A DNA stretch of 64,000 nucleotides. It comes from a virus. The stretch is from the IMG/VR virus record IMGVR_UViG_3300032080_000002, positions 11,192 to 75,191 of that record. One strand, 5' to 3'. The notes beneath the pieces were generated by a model. It ran no database searches. It was not told the DNA's origin and worked only from the letters and a program-made list of their open reading frames with translations. This document shows positions 39,390 through 49,179 of this stretch, in pieces (position 1 is the first letter of the stretch; every line of letters begins with the position of its first letter). Made by a program: the position numbers and the translations under genes.

Positions 39390-40221
39390 TGTCAACTTGT
39401 AAACTAAAATAAACCCAATTATCAATTCCGTTCAAACTAAATTGAAAAACATAATAAGCAGGAACAGGTTGGGAAGGATATCCGTATGGATAAGCTGCAG
39501 GATCTGAAATTCCAGAAGCAGATAAAGTAGCAGTTAAATCAGTATTTACATCCATAATCTCCATTAAAATTAATGCGCCTGAGTTTTGTTTTGACAAACC
39601 AATCTCAGGGCTACCACCATCAGTCGTCATTCTTACATAACCGATATTAGTATTTAATACCTGTGCAAAACTGAAACTAACTTCACCAGTACAATAAACA
39701 TCATAATTAGTTGGTGAATTTCCTGTATTACTACAAGTCTGAGGAATATATAAATCATATTTTTCTCCAATAGAAACCTGGGCATCAACCATATTTAACT
39801 TTACTGATGCTATAATATTATTTGAAACTAATCCACAGAATCTTTCTATTCGAAATTCTGTTAAATAATTTCCGGAAAATTGATTGTTAAAATCACCTTC
39901 TGCATTAAATTTCAATACTTTATTATCAGTTAAATCTCTCACCAAAATCATTTGACCGACAAACACATTTGAATATATCGGATTTCCTGCATTTGGATTA
40001 GTTAAATAAAACAACCTTCCTTTGTCTGGAAGAGATAATATTTTTATTTTATCATTTTGCCATATCCCACAAGTTACCTGGTAACAATAATCACTGAAAG
40101 GATTACTGTCAACATTTAAATAACCATCATCTTTAAATTGACTATAATTTGTCAGCGAATTATAATTACGACTTATAATTAATTCTTTAAAACCTTTATT
40201 TCTAATTATAAACTCTCCCAT
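39382..40221 (-). CDS. Cadherin/Ig-like domain protein
   Basis: IKILSLPDKGRLFY...VFVGQMILVRDL..KVLKFNA. Confidence 0.55.
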   Translation of the reverse strand: MGEFIIRNKGFKELIISRNYNSLTNYSQFKDDGYLNVDSNPFSDYCYQVTCGIWQNDKIKILSLPDKGRLFYLTNPNAGNPIYSNVFVGQMILVRDLTDNKVLKFNAEGDFNNQFSGNYLTEFRIERFCGLVSNNIIASVKLNMVDAQVSIGEKYDLYIPQTCSNTGNSPTNYDVYCTGEVSFSFAQVLNTNIGYVRMTTDGGSPEIGLSKQNSGALILMEIMDVNTDLTATLSASGISDPAAYPYGYPSQPVPAYYVFQFSLNGIDNWVYFSLQVDNA

Positions 40222-40223
40222 TA

Positions 40224-40565
40224 TTATATTGTTGAATTAATTGTAAAATTAATATCATAATTTGCCGCACCTGTTATTGTGAAATTTGTTGTTCCCGATG
40301 CAGAGACACCATGAAGATATTCCACAACAATAATTCCATTATTAATATCATCGATATTAAACTGATCTCCTATATTCATATCTACTCCGGATTTTCTATA
40401 AATAACTGCAGGATCAAAAGAGTTTATAGTCCATAAATTAACCGAAAAACCATCAATTATTCCCGAAAATAGATTGTCTAACGTTGAATCTACAATATGA
40501 GTTTCCCACGATGCACCAATATTTATCTCTTTGTATCCTGTAATTTTTAGTATTAAATCTGGCAT
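40224..40565 (-). CDS. Cadherin/Ig-like domain protein
   Basis: GVDMNIGDQFNIDDINNGIIVVEY. Confidence 0.5.
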   Translation of the reverse strand: MPDLILKITGYKEINIGASWETHIVDSTLDNLFSGIIDGFSVNLWTINSFDPAVIYRKSGVDMNIGDQFNIDDINNGIIVVEYLHGVSASGTTNFTITGAANYDINFTINSTI

Positions 40566-40571
40566 AATTAT

Positions 40572-41210
40572 TTAATTTGAAATATTACCATTTATATCTT
40601 TCGCTTTCCATGTATTATCTTTTTCATAATAAGCATCCTGATCAACACTTACATATTTCAGGTTTCCAGAACTTACATCACTCATATTTATCCACGTCCC
40701 TTCTATATAAGGCGATCCATTAAATTCATATCCAGTAACAACTCCAAATATTGCCACTTCAGATAAAGAGTCTAAATCAAAATCTTCGTAAGCATCTGTA
40801 AAATCAGTATTTAAAAATGTATAAATTGACCTGTTTTCTATATCTTTTATTATATCTTCTGCAATTGGCTTAGAATTATAACTCACCCCAATTATTATAG
40901 GACTTGAATCAAAATCAAAATTTATATTTTGATCACCTTGTGTAGCTGAAACCGTATGAGTCAAGTTTACATCAAGAACTCCTGATCCTGATAAAGTCTG
41001 ATTTGATGCTGCTGTAATTTGTATATATCCATCAACACCAGGGCTTAAATGCGTATAAAGCACATCTCCAAAAAGAACTTGTTGACCAGAACCATTTGTA
41101 TAAGGAATTGATAGAATTTTTGTAGTAGTAGTACCTCTTATAAATTCTATAAATGTATTTGAAAAAACTAAATCTTCTCTCGCTGCTATCCTAAATCGTA
41201 ATATACCCAT
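40572..41210 (-). CDS. Ig-like protein with C-terminal cadherin-like domain
   Basis: NSKPIAED...YEDFDLDSL...NGSPYIEGTWINMSDVSSGNLKY. Confidence 0.6.
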   Translation of the reverse strand: MGILRFRIAAREDLVFSNTFIEFIRGTTTTKILSIPYTNGSGQQVLFGDVLYTHLSPGVDGYIQITAASNQTLSGSGVLDVNLTHTVSATQGDQNINFDFDSSPIIIGVSYNSKPIAEDIIKDIENRSIYTFLNTDFTDAYEDFDLDSLSEVAIFGVVTGYEFNGSPYIEGTWINMSDVSSGNLKYVSVDQDAYYEKDNTWKAKDINGNISN

Positions 41211-41222
41211 TTTTTATTTTTT

Positions 41223-41906
41223 TTATATTGAGATACTTCCTGCTGAATCTACAGCTTTCCATATAGTTGCATCTTCATTGTAATTATCTGTGTCCGGTGC
41301 AGTAAATATTAGTTGATTGCTTTCTATTGCTGATCTTGGTATTTGCGTTCCACTAATTATTGGAAGTCCATTCAATGTGTAATTTGAAGTGTTGCCCTCA
41401 ATTATTACCGCCGCAAGAGTGTCACCATCAATATCACTGAAATGATTCAGAAACATATTTATATCCAAAACTTTATCTTCTCTATTATTTAGATCTACAA
41501 TAATATCTTCTGCGACCGGAGGATTATTAATTTGTGGAACAGAAACTATTAATGAATAAATCGCATAATTCGCATTTATAGATATTTGATAATTAGGTGA
41601 TAGGTTTGTTCCTAGATAGATTCCATCATAATAAACAGGAATATTTAAAGTTTGATTTGCACCAATTGAAAAATCTTTAATACTCGCAATAAAATTACTT
41701 CCATTTGTCGTATCTGAGAATAATTCCATTCCTAAAATATTGAAAGGAACACTACAAATATTTATTACAGATATAGTAATTTGATCTATATCTTGGTAAT
41801 CAAAACCCTGAATAATACCATCACTGTAATTTACATTAGCACTTAGCTTAACGCAATCTATAGCAGTCATAGTCTTAGCTGAAACGAACGCTCTGATCTT
41901 ATTCAT
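41223..41906 (-). CDS. Ig-like protein with C-terminal cadherin-like domain (start MNKIRA)
   Basis: NNPPVAED...FSDIDGDTL...NGLPIISGTQIP; -7 element at 41927-41934 supports trimmed start. Confidence 0.65.
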   Translation of the reverse strand: MNKIRAFVSAKTMTAIDCVKLSANVNYSDGIIQGFDYQDIDQITISVINICSVPFNILGMELFSDTTNGSNFIASIKDFSIGANQTLNIPVYYDGIYLGTNLSPNYQISINANYAIYSLIVSVPQINNPPVAEDIIVDLNNREDKVLDINMFLNHFSDIDGDTLAAVIIEGNTSNYTLNGLPIISGTQIPRSAIESNQLIFTAPDTDNYNEDATIWKAVDSAGSISI

Positions 41907-41926
41907 AATTATCAATATATAATACA

Positions 41927-42008
41927 CAAATATATCTGAATTATTCATTTTTATGCAACTTGCTAACATTAGCAAACCTATTAATTTTTACACATAGTAT
42001 TATTTTTG
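41927..42008. promoter_or_regulatory. Divergent promoter pair
   Basis: Minus TATATTTG at 41927-41934; plus TATTTTTG at 42001-42008. Confidence 0.6.
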
Positions 42009-42024
42009 AAACAAATAAAAGAAT

Positions 42025-42522
42025 ATGGCAACGCCGATCACTGATTATGTAAATTTAGATGACTATGTAATGATATTTCAAGATGGATGTATTAAAAATA
42101 TTCGTTTTGAAGATTTTATTAGTGGTATTTCATTAGGTGGATTTAGCGTTTGTCAAGCTTGGCTTAATTGCGTAGGTGGTATTGGAGTATTTCCAGGAGA
42201 AGTTCCAGTTAATGAGCCACCAACAATGGAGGATTTGTTTATTCCTTTGCAAAATAGAGAGCAAAATAGAATATTCACATCTGATGATTTTTTAAGTAGA
42301 TATTATGATGCTGAAGGCGATGCTTTTGGTAAAATAATAATTACAGGTGGAGACGTTACTGGTTATAGCTTAAATGGAGTCGCGGTTTACATAGGAATGC
42401 TTATTCCTGTAAATCAATTAACAAGTCTACAATTTGATGCTAAAAATCAAGATGCTTCTTATACGCAAGATTTATTTTTTGAAGCCTATGATATTAATAA
42501 TGTAAAAGCAATAAGCATATAA
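42025..42522 (+). CDS. Protein with C-terminal cadherin-like domain
   Basis: NEPPTMED...YYDAEGDAF...NGVAVYIGMLIP. Confidence 0.65.
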   Translation: MATPITDYVNLDDYVMIFQDGCIKNIRFEDFISGISLGGFSVCQAWLNCVGGIGVFPGEVPVNEPPTMEDLFIPLQNREQNRIFTSDDFLSRYYDAEGDAFGKIIITGGDVTGYSLNGVAVYIGMLIPVNQLTSLQFDAKNQDASYTQDLFFEAYDINNVKAISI

Positions 42523-42926
42523 TGGAATTACAAGAATTCTTAGAGGAAAACTCTGAATTAAAACTTTTAAAATGGGTTGAAATAATAGCACAAGAAAATC
42601 TTGCTGTAAAGTCAGATTCCATGTATATAATACCAACTGATACTACTTATTGTGACGTGGTTTTCATAGATTCAAATGGCGGTAAAAGAAAGATTGGAGG
42701 CACTTCTTATGAGCAAGTTCTAGAAAAATTTGCATTATTAGATGGTTCTAATTTTACAGAAGAGGATATTGAGGCTTTTAAAGAAAAATTAAATATACAA
42801 AACGGAGAACTTTCAGTATTAAATTTCAATGTAAATGATGATATGCATTTAATAATGAATTTAGAAACTAATACAGATTTAAATTTCGAAATAGACAATA
42901 ACGGACACTTAATACTTACAAATTAA
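42522..42926 (+). CDS. Putative tail-associated protein
   Basis: 134 aa directly upstream of fibre gene; LNFxxxDxxHL repeats. Confidence 0.5.
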   Translation: MELQEFLEENSELKLLKWVEIIAQENLAVKSDSMYIIPTDTTYCDVVFIDSNGGKRKIGGTSYEQVLEKFALLDGSNFTEEDIEAFKEKLNIQNGELSVLNFNVNDDMHLIMNLETNTDLNFEIDNNGHLILTN

Positions 42927-42927
42927 T

Positions 42928-44496
42928 ATGGCAACAGATTTAGGGAAAATAGCAATAACATTAGAAGGTTCTTTTGATCCTGATCAAATATATAATAAAC
43001 TAGACCAAGTAACTAATAACGGTAGTTCTTATACGTCTAAAATAGATAATAATGATCAACCTTTATCCAATCCAAATGCTTGGCAAATCTCTGCCGAAAA
43101 AGGCATAGATGGAATCGACGGTGTTGATGGAACAAACGCACAGTCTTTTAATTATAAAAATAATGTTGACAGCTATTCAAATTTACCTGCTAGTGGTAAT
43201 CTTATAAATGATGCTTATTATAACTTAGAAGATAATTTATTATATGTTTATAACGGAACATCTTTCCCAATTGAGGGCAGCGGTATAAATTTAAAAGGAG
43301 TAAACGGAACAGCAGAAATACCTGTTTGGATAGCGCAACCTTATTTACAAAATGCATTAGTACAAAATAATGGAGTTTATCAAGCATTGGAAGATACATT
43401 ATCGACAGACGTACCAGGAATATCTTTAAAATGGACAGCTTTAAAAATAAAACCTGAGAGTATAGGGGCAATTGAAGTTTTTGAGGAAATAAATGTAAGT
43501 CTTACATTTACAGATAATGCGTATATTGACGAGGATGGAGTTTTACAAACACTATCTTCTTACGAAGTTTCTGATTTTATAGAATTACCTTTAGGAGAAA
43601 ATGAGATAGAAGTTGATTATGGTTCTATGTTAACTATAGCTGAATTTAGTTCTAACAGTATGGATTCTTTTATAAGAAACGTTGGCACAGGTGGATTCCC
43701 AAATCCTGATGAGATTCCGTTTAACTACACACCAACCGATTCAGAGGTAAAGTTTGTCAGATATAGTCATTATAAATTAAATGGTACTGCTTATTTTAAA
43801 ATTACAAATAATAGATATGAATTACCGTGGCTAAAAACAAACACGAATGAAGTAGATGAATTCCCTAAAATCTGTAAGATAGGAGATGTTAAATTACTAG
43901 ATTTCAATGATTATACCCTTACAGGTAATGTTATAATATCAGGAGACAGCACAATTGCTTCCTATTTAGGAGGTTCGGCATTAGCTTCAATAATTGAAAA
44001 CACGGGTGTAATGACAGACATTTCAGAGCCAGGTGAAAATATTGAAGAACAAGTTGACCGATGGAATGCTTTATCATCACAAGTTAAATCAGCAGCTAAT
44101 TTTGTTTTCGTCCAAATCGGTTTGAATAATATTAATATTCCAGCAACACCAACCACTACAATTATAGCCGAATTAAATTCCTATATTCAGACGATTAATA
44201 CTGAATCTCCAAACGCATTCATTGTTGTTGGTCAGATGTTACCTTGTAAAGCTCGTTGGATTGCATCTTTTGGTGAAACGAATGGAAATTTAGCCCATAA
44301 ACAATGGGAAGAGATAAATAAAGAAATGTTGTCAATATCAAATGTAAATAGTTTTGCAACAGTCCACACTTGGCTCTTAAATGATGGGAAGGGCAACCTA
44401 AGAGCTGAATTTGAAACATCAGCTAATGATCATATACATGACAATACTAACGGTAGGAAAATGAATGCTTATAGTTGGTTAATAAGTGTTTATTGA
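42928..44496 (+). CDS. Tail fibre/spike with C-terminal SGNH (GDSL) esterase domain
   Basis: Fibre-like N-terminus, short GxD collagen-like stretch, ISGDST (block I), QIGLNN (block III), DHIH (block V). Confidence 0.75.
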   Translation: MATDLGKIAITLEGSFDPDQIYNKLDQVTNNGSSYTSKIDNNDQPLSNPNAWQISAEKGIDGIDGVDGTNAQSFNYKNNVDSYSNLPASGNLINDAYYNLEDNLLYVYNGTSFPIEGSGINLKGVNGTAEIPVWIAQPYLQNALVQNNGVYQALEDTLSTDVPGISLKWTALKIKPESIGAIEVFEEINVSLTFTDNAYIDEDGVLQTLSSYEVSDFIELPLGENEIEVDYGSMLTIAEFSSNSMDSFIRNVGTGGFPNPDEIPFNYTPTDSEVKFVRYSHYKLNGTAYFKITNNRYELPWLKTNTNEVDEFPKICKIGDVKLLDFNDYTLTGNVIISGDSTIASYLGGSALASIIENTGVMTDISEPGENIEEQVDRWNALSSQVKSAANFVFVQIGLNNINIPATPTTTIIAELNSYIQTINTESPNAFIVVGQMLPCKARWIASFGETNGNLAHKQWEEINKEMLSISNVNSFATVHTWLLNDGKGNLRAEFETSANDHIHDNTNGRKMNAYSWLISVY

Positions 44497-44594
44497 AATG
44501 CAAAAACATAACCCTATACAGAAACTCACCTCTTTTCAATTTAGAAGATTGATTTTAAACCGTCATTAATTTGGCGGTTATTTAAAAATAAATT

Positions 44595-45071
44595 ATGAAT
44601 TATACTTCCCCACCAAAAGAATCAATATGTAAAAAACTGATTAATGCTATCAGAATTAATTTTGAAGACAATAAACGTTGTTTAGATTTTATGATGGCAT
44701 CTGTAATATTTATTGTCACAATATTAGAGTTTATAAGTTGGAGGCTTTCTATTGGAGAGCCTGCAACTATTACTGATAGAGGAAATGGATATTTGGTTTT
44801 TTATTACCCACTAATGACTTCTATTACACAATTGGTGTTTTCTTTGTTCTTTCTAGTGAAGATATTCAGATATAAAGCCTGTGTTTATACGGAATTAATA
44901 ACTTTAGTTTATTTTTTAATCCAAGTATTTAATTTATCAGCATATATCATTCAGTTCGGAGGTGAATTTTATGATAAATATATTTTACCTACTTTCATAT
45001 TTACGATTATAGGAATAACAATAATTAAAATAATTAGATGGTTGTCAAAATTGCCAAAGCAGCAGTATTAA
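44595..45071 (+). CDS. Multi-pass membrane protein (lysis cassette)
   Basis: About 4 hydrophobic segments, upstream of endolysin. Confidence 0.6.
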   Translation: MNYTSPPKESICKKLINAIRINFEDNKRCLDFMMASVIFIVTILEFISWRLSIGEPATITDRGNGYLVFYYPLMTSITQLVFSLFFLVKIFRYKACVYTELITLVYFLIQVFNLSAYIIQFGGEFYDKYILPTFIFTIIGITIIKIIRWLSKLPKQQY

Positions 45072-45697
45072 AACTAATATTCTATAAGAATGGAGCTTTG
45101 TTTTTAGTGAATGGAAGCTTCTCTGCAGGAATAGTTTTTTATTTTAACGAATTATTAAAAGGTACTGATACTAAAAATTTAGTCCTTCCAATATTTATTT
45201 ATATCCTAGGATTCTTTATATATCATGCCTTTTCTTTGATAGATTTAATAACCGGATTAATGAATGCAAAATATCAAAATTCAATACTTGCTGATCCAAA
45301 GAAAAGTTATATCCAAAATTACAAACTATGGTTCAGTATTTGGAAGAACTTAGGTATTACAGCTTTTGCTTTTATGGTAATGTGTATCTGTTTGCTTACT
45401 GAAGTAATTAAAGGTGACAGCGATGGCTTTGTAGGATATTCTATGTACACAATATCAATTTGGGTTTTAGTTACCACCTGGTTAATGGCTTCTGCATTTG
45501 AATTTCACTCAATTGGAGAAAATATAGAACGTAGAACAGGATCTAAACCTAGATTCTTTATTCTCGGAGACAAAATTATAAATATTGCAGAAAAAAAGAT
45601 TATACTGAAAGCAAAAAAATCTGTTGAAATGATGGAGAAAACGCCAGAAGAAGTAGATTCAGAAATAAATACAGACAATAATGAGAAAGTTAATTAA
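45038..45697 (+). CDS. Holin-like membrane protein
   Basis: About 4 TM segments, charged C-terminus, lysis cassette position. Confidence 0.55.
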   Translation: MVVKIAKAAVLKLIFYKNGALFLVNGSFSAGIVFYFNELLKGTDTKNLVLPIFIYILGFFIYHAFSLIDLITGLMNAKYQNSILADPKKSYIQNYKLWFSIWKNLGITAFAFMVMCICLLTEVIKGDSDGFVGYSMYTISIWVLVTTWLMASAFEFHSIGENIERRTGSKPRFFILGDKIINIAEKKIILKAKKSVEMMEKTPEEVDSEINTDNNEKVN

Positions 45698-46379
45698 TTT
45701 TTTAAAAGGATTATCACCATTCGTGGTTCTATTAATAATAATGGTTTTGGCAATAGTAATAGTTTATTTCATGTCGAAATATGTAGACAATCCAAGCGAT
45801 CCAATTACTAAATCTATATCTAATAAAATAGATGTATATAAAGATGAATTAGGAAAAGAGACAGCTCGGATTGAAACTAATAAACAACCTACCCTACAAG
45901 GCATTGACCCTTCTGTTTATGCAAGAGCATTGGCAGCATTGGATATTAAAGATAGCCAAATCCAGTCCCTAACCGATTTACAGGCTAAATATTCAGATAG
46001 TTTTCAATTGGCTAAAATCACCATTGACGAGCAAAACAATAAAAGATGGGAGTGGGAAAAAACATACGAATCCGGCAGTGTAGTAAAATCAATAATGTCA
46101 GAAAAAGATAGTGTTCTACATTCGGATATTGATATTAAATTACAGACCACAGATTACATTGATAAGCGTGGGATTTTTAAAAAAGACATTCTATACACGG
46201 ATATTTATAGTCCTGATCAGAATATCAAAGTAAATGGCGTTAAAACGTTTCGTAGGGAGACTATAATAAGACCAAAAAGGATTGGATTAGGTTTTACTGT
46301 CTCTTATGGTATTGGCGCAGACTTCAAGCCTCAGCCTTTTTTGGGTGTGGGCATTTCGTATAATTTCATTAATTTATAA
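45681..46379 (+). CDS. Membrane-anchored lysis accessory (spanin-like) protein
   Basis: N-terminal TM helix, coiled coil, C-terminal GLGFTVSYG...GVGISYNF beta end; adjacent to endolysin. Confidence 0.5.
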   Translation: MRKLINFLKGLSPFVVLLIIMVLAIVIVYFMSKYVDNPSDPITKSISNKIDVYKDELGKETARIETNKQPTLQGIDPSVYARALAALDIKDSQIQSLTDLQAKYSDSFQLAKITIDEQNNKRWEWEKTYESGSVVKSIMSEKDSVLHSDIDIKLQTTDYIDKRGIFKKDILYTDIYSPDQNIKVNGVKTFRRETIIRPKRIGLGFTVSYGIGADFKPQPFLGVGISYNFINL

Positions 46380-46400
46380 ACTTTTAATTAAATTCGTATT

Positions 46401-46952
46401 ATGAAAGGATTGACAGAACAAGATTATATCGACGCAGCAAATAAGCTACAATGTGAAATTGCTTGCATAAAAGCTGTGTCTGAAGTTGAAAGTAATGGTG
46501 GGGGATTCTTACCTAGTGGCGAACCTAAAATATTATTTGAAGGTCATGTTTTCTATCGATTGACAAAAGGCAAATTTGGAGTATCAAATGTATCTTATCC
46601 TAAATGGATTTCTAAATACTATAACGAGAATCAACATGATCGATTAGCTAAAGCCGTTGCGCTAGATAGAAATGCAGCACTTCAGTCTGCTTCTTGGGGG
46701 CGATTCCAGGTTATGGGTGAAAATTGGAAATCATTAGGGTACTCTTCTCTACAGCAATTTATTACAGCAATGTATAAAGACGAAGGTGAGCATCTTGATT
46801 CTTTCGTGAGATTTGTAAAAGCTAATAAACTAGATGATGAGTTAAGAAGAAAAGATTGGGCAGGATTTGCAAGAGGTTATAATGGTTCTGGCTACGCTAA
46901 GAATAAATATGATATTAAGATGGCAAATGCATATAAAAAATACAGTAAATAA
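46401..46952 (+). CDS. Endolysin, N-acetylmuramidase (DUF3380-type)
   Basis: AVSEVESNG-GF...ILFEGHVF...SASWGRFQVMGEN...FARGYNG. Confidence 0.9.
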   Translation: MKGLTEQDYIDAANKLQCEIACIKAVSEVESNGGGFLPSGEPKILFEGHVFYRLTKGKFGVSNVSYPKWISKYYNENQHDRLAKAVALDRNAALQSASWGRFQVMGENWKSLGYSSLQQFITAMYKDEGEHLDSFVRFVKANKLDDELRRKDWAGFARGYNGSGYAKNKYDIKMANAYKKYSK

Positions 46953-46972
46953 AACAATAAACAATTTATATT

Positions 46973-47206
46973 ATGAGCTTAGAAACCGCACCGCCTCGTG
47001 AATCAATTTCAGGAACACGACCAAAACAAATCGAAGCAATGGAAAGAGGAATCGAAATCTATGCTAGATTATTAGAATTAGATGAAGAAGTAAATTCTAC
47101 TGATTATGCAGCTTACAGTCAGGATGAAAAAGATCTTGTAGATGCAGAATTCTCTACAGCACTTGCTTATTATGACAAAAATCAGTCAAGAGTAGCAACC
47201 TACTAA
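46973..47206 (+). CDS. Hypothetical protein
   Basis: 77-aa ORF after endolysin. Confidence 0.65.
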   Translation: MSLETAPPRESISGTRPKQIEAMERGIEIYARLLELDEEVNSTDYAAYSQDEKDLVDAEFSTALAYYDKNQSRVATY

Positions 47207-47311
47207 TGATAAAAACAGATACTCAACTATGAATATCTGTTTATTAGTTTTAATTAAAATAAAAAATGAGTACTATCTGTCTGCGCAATTCACTAAAGGT
47301 TTTGCGCTTTC

Positions 47312-48184
47312 TTATTTTGGTAATCTGTACATAATCCCAAGCCTCAGGGATGTTCCTTCTTTGTCTTCAATCAATCTTCCTTGTGCGACCAATTCCCTGC
47401 ATTTTTTATTTCTGGTTGGCGTAGTTAGATTACTTTTCATTCGGCAGTTAGCTTGATTTATCCAGGTGGAATAACAATAATTTACTTGATTTAATTTTGA
47501 AACTCGCTTTATAGCGGCAAGAATTTCTTTGTATTCAGATTCTACTTGTTCAGAAGATTTAGTATTATTAATCATCCTTAAATGGTAAGATACAGTATTT
47601 GATTCAATATTTAAAGCTTCAGCCATTTTTGATACTGTATAGCCTTTGTTTTGCAAATCGATAATCTTTTCTCTAGTTTTATCTTTTGGTTCATAAATTC
47701 CTAGTTGATTTTGTCTGACATAAATATTTGTCGAAACAATTCTTTTTTCATATCCGACGATTTTACTTATTTCCTCATTTGTTTTCCCTTCTAAATGAAG
47801 ACTATATATTTCGCTGATTAATGTATTCTGTGGAAACTCTTCCGGTTTACTTGGTTTATTAGTTATTGGTTTAGGCGGTTTTATTATCTGTGGTTTAGGT
47901 TGTTTTATTTTTACCTCTTTAATTGGTTTTTCTTTGATTGTTTTTACCTTAACCGGTTTTATTTTTTTAGGCTGTCTACTGCTTATATTTTTTTCTTTCC
48001 GTGATATTTTTACAAATTCTTTTACAAACTTTCCGGCATTAGGATCTACGGATATTTTATTATAGTAACGGCATTTACTTACCGGATCATACTTGGCTAA
48101 AACTTCAACTGTTTCTGCATTGTATTTATTGTATCCGGCAACAACTTCTCTAGCTTTTACCGTGTCTTCATTTATCGAATTCAT
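47312..48184 (-). CDS. DNA-binding protein with tandem HTH motifs
   Basis: EGKTNEEISKIVG and KGYTVSKMAEALNIESNTVSYHL; K/P-rich linker. Confidence 0.7.
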   Translation of the reverse strand: MNSINEDTVKAREVVAGYNKYNAETVEVLAKYDPVSKCRYYNKISVDPNAGKFVKEFVKISRKEKNISSRQPKKIKPVKVKTIKEKPIKEVKIKQPKPQIIKPPKPITNKPSKPEEFPQNTLISEIYSLHLEGKTNEEISKIVGYEKRIVSTNIYVRQNQLGIYEPKDKTREKIIDLQNKGYTVSKMAEALNIESNTVSYHLRMINNTKSSEQVESEYKEILAAIKRVSKLNQVNYCYSTWINQANCRMKSNLTTPTRNKKCRELVAQGRLIEDKEGTSLRLGIMYRLPK

Positions 48185-48186
48185 AG

Positions 48187-49179
48187 TTATTTTCTTAGGC
48201 TTTTTCCTTTTAGTTCTATAATATTAAACATTTCAAATAAGCGGTCATAAACACGACTTCCGTATCTCGACTCAATTGCATCTAGGGTTGTATTGACATC
48301 GCAATTATATATTGACTCATTAGTAATTGGGTCGATTACATTCTTTCCAATATAATTCAAGGAAGCTATTAAAGGACAGACTCTATTATATTTAGTTTCC
48401 AAAATTTCGGTAAATAATTCATCTTTTCCAAAAGCTTTTTTCTCAGTCATTAAATCATCATAATAAGATAGTCCGGCTCTATGTTTTTTCCAGAATATTT
48501 CTTCGTGCTCCTTATTTTTTTCTCTTGCTGATGCATGGTAGTCCTGAACAACTTCATGGCAATTAAAAAATTTGAATCCTAATTTATATCGATTTAAATA
48601 CTGATCAGTATGTTTTACATCTTTTACTAAGATAGGATTCGTTGAAGAATATAAAAACATATCGTAGAAAGTCTTTATGATAGATGTTTTACCTGTTCCC
48701 ATTTCTCCAATGATAAGAATTCCCTTGCCCAAATTGGGTTCGTTAATTTCTTTATTTAATAATGGACTCTTATAAAAACTTTTGCTTTTCAATAGATACG
48801 AGCAAATGGTTCTAGCAAAAACACCACCTTCACCATATTCCCAACCTTCTTTTTTATTTAGATGTTCATTAAACTCTATTCCTCTGAAAACCGAATAAGC
48901 TTCTTTAAATGATTGGTATAGACTTTCTTTATCTAAAGTAAACAATTCAGGTAATTCTTCTTGTACTTTTTTACTCTCAACAATCTGATTTATGTAATTG
49001 TTAAAATTAATATCATACTTTTCTTTGGCTTCGAGATAAGCTTTGGCTAAAGGATGCTCAGGATTTGATTTAAGCAATATTGATATTGCAGATGTTCTAC
49101 GTGGTGGAAAGAAGTTTTTATTACCTGTTTCGCCTTGGTTGAGCGATTGGCTGCTGTTGTTGTCCTGTTGTAAACTCAT
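48187..49179 (-). CDS. DnaC/IstB-like P-loop ATPase (helicase loader)
   Basis: GEMGTGKT Walker A, YDDL Walker B, YGSRVYDRLFEMFNIIELKGKSLR. Confidence 0.8.
   Translation of the reverse strand: MSLQQDNNSSQSLNQGETGNKNFFPPRRTSAISILLKSNPEHPLAKAYLEAKEKYDINFNNYINQIVESKKVQEELPELFTLDKESLYQSFKEAYSVFRGIEFNEHLNKKEGWEYGEGGVFARTICSYLLKSKSFYKSPLLNKEINEPNLGKGILIIGEMGTGKTSIIKTFYDMFLYSSTNPILVKDVKHTDQYLNRYKLGFKFFNCHEVVQDYHASAREKNKEHEEIFWKKHRAGLSYYDDLMTEKKAFGKDELFTEILETKYNRVCPLIASLNYIGKNVIDPITNESIYNCDVNTTLDAIESRYGSRVYDRLFEMFNIIELKGKSLRK

Noticed and set aside
38967-41975. Invertible host-range cassette
   Set aside because: No flanking inverted repeats or recombinase seen; ends are an ordinary terminator and divergent promoters.
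12773-47206. Stop-codon reassignment (TAG or TGA) as in some crAss-like phages
   Set aside because: All long structural ORFs are intact under the standard bacterial code and both TAG and TGA are used as real stops.
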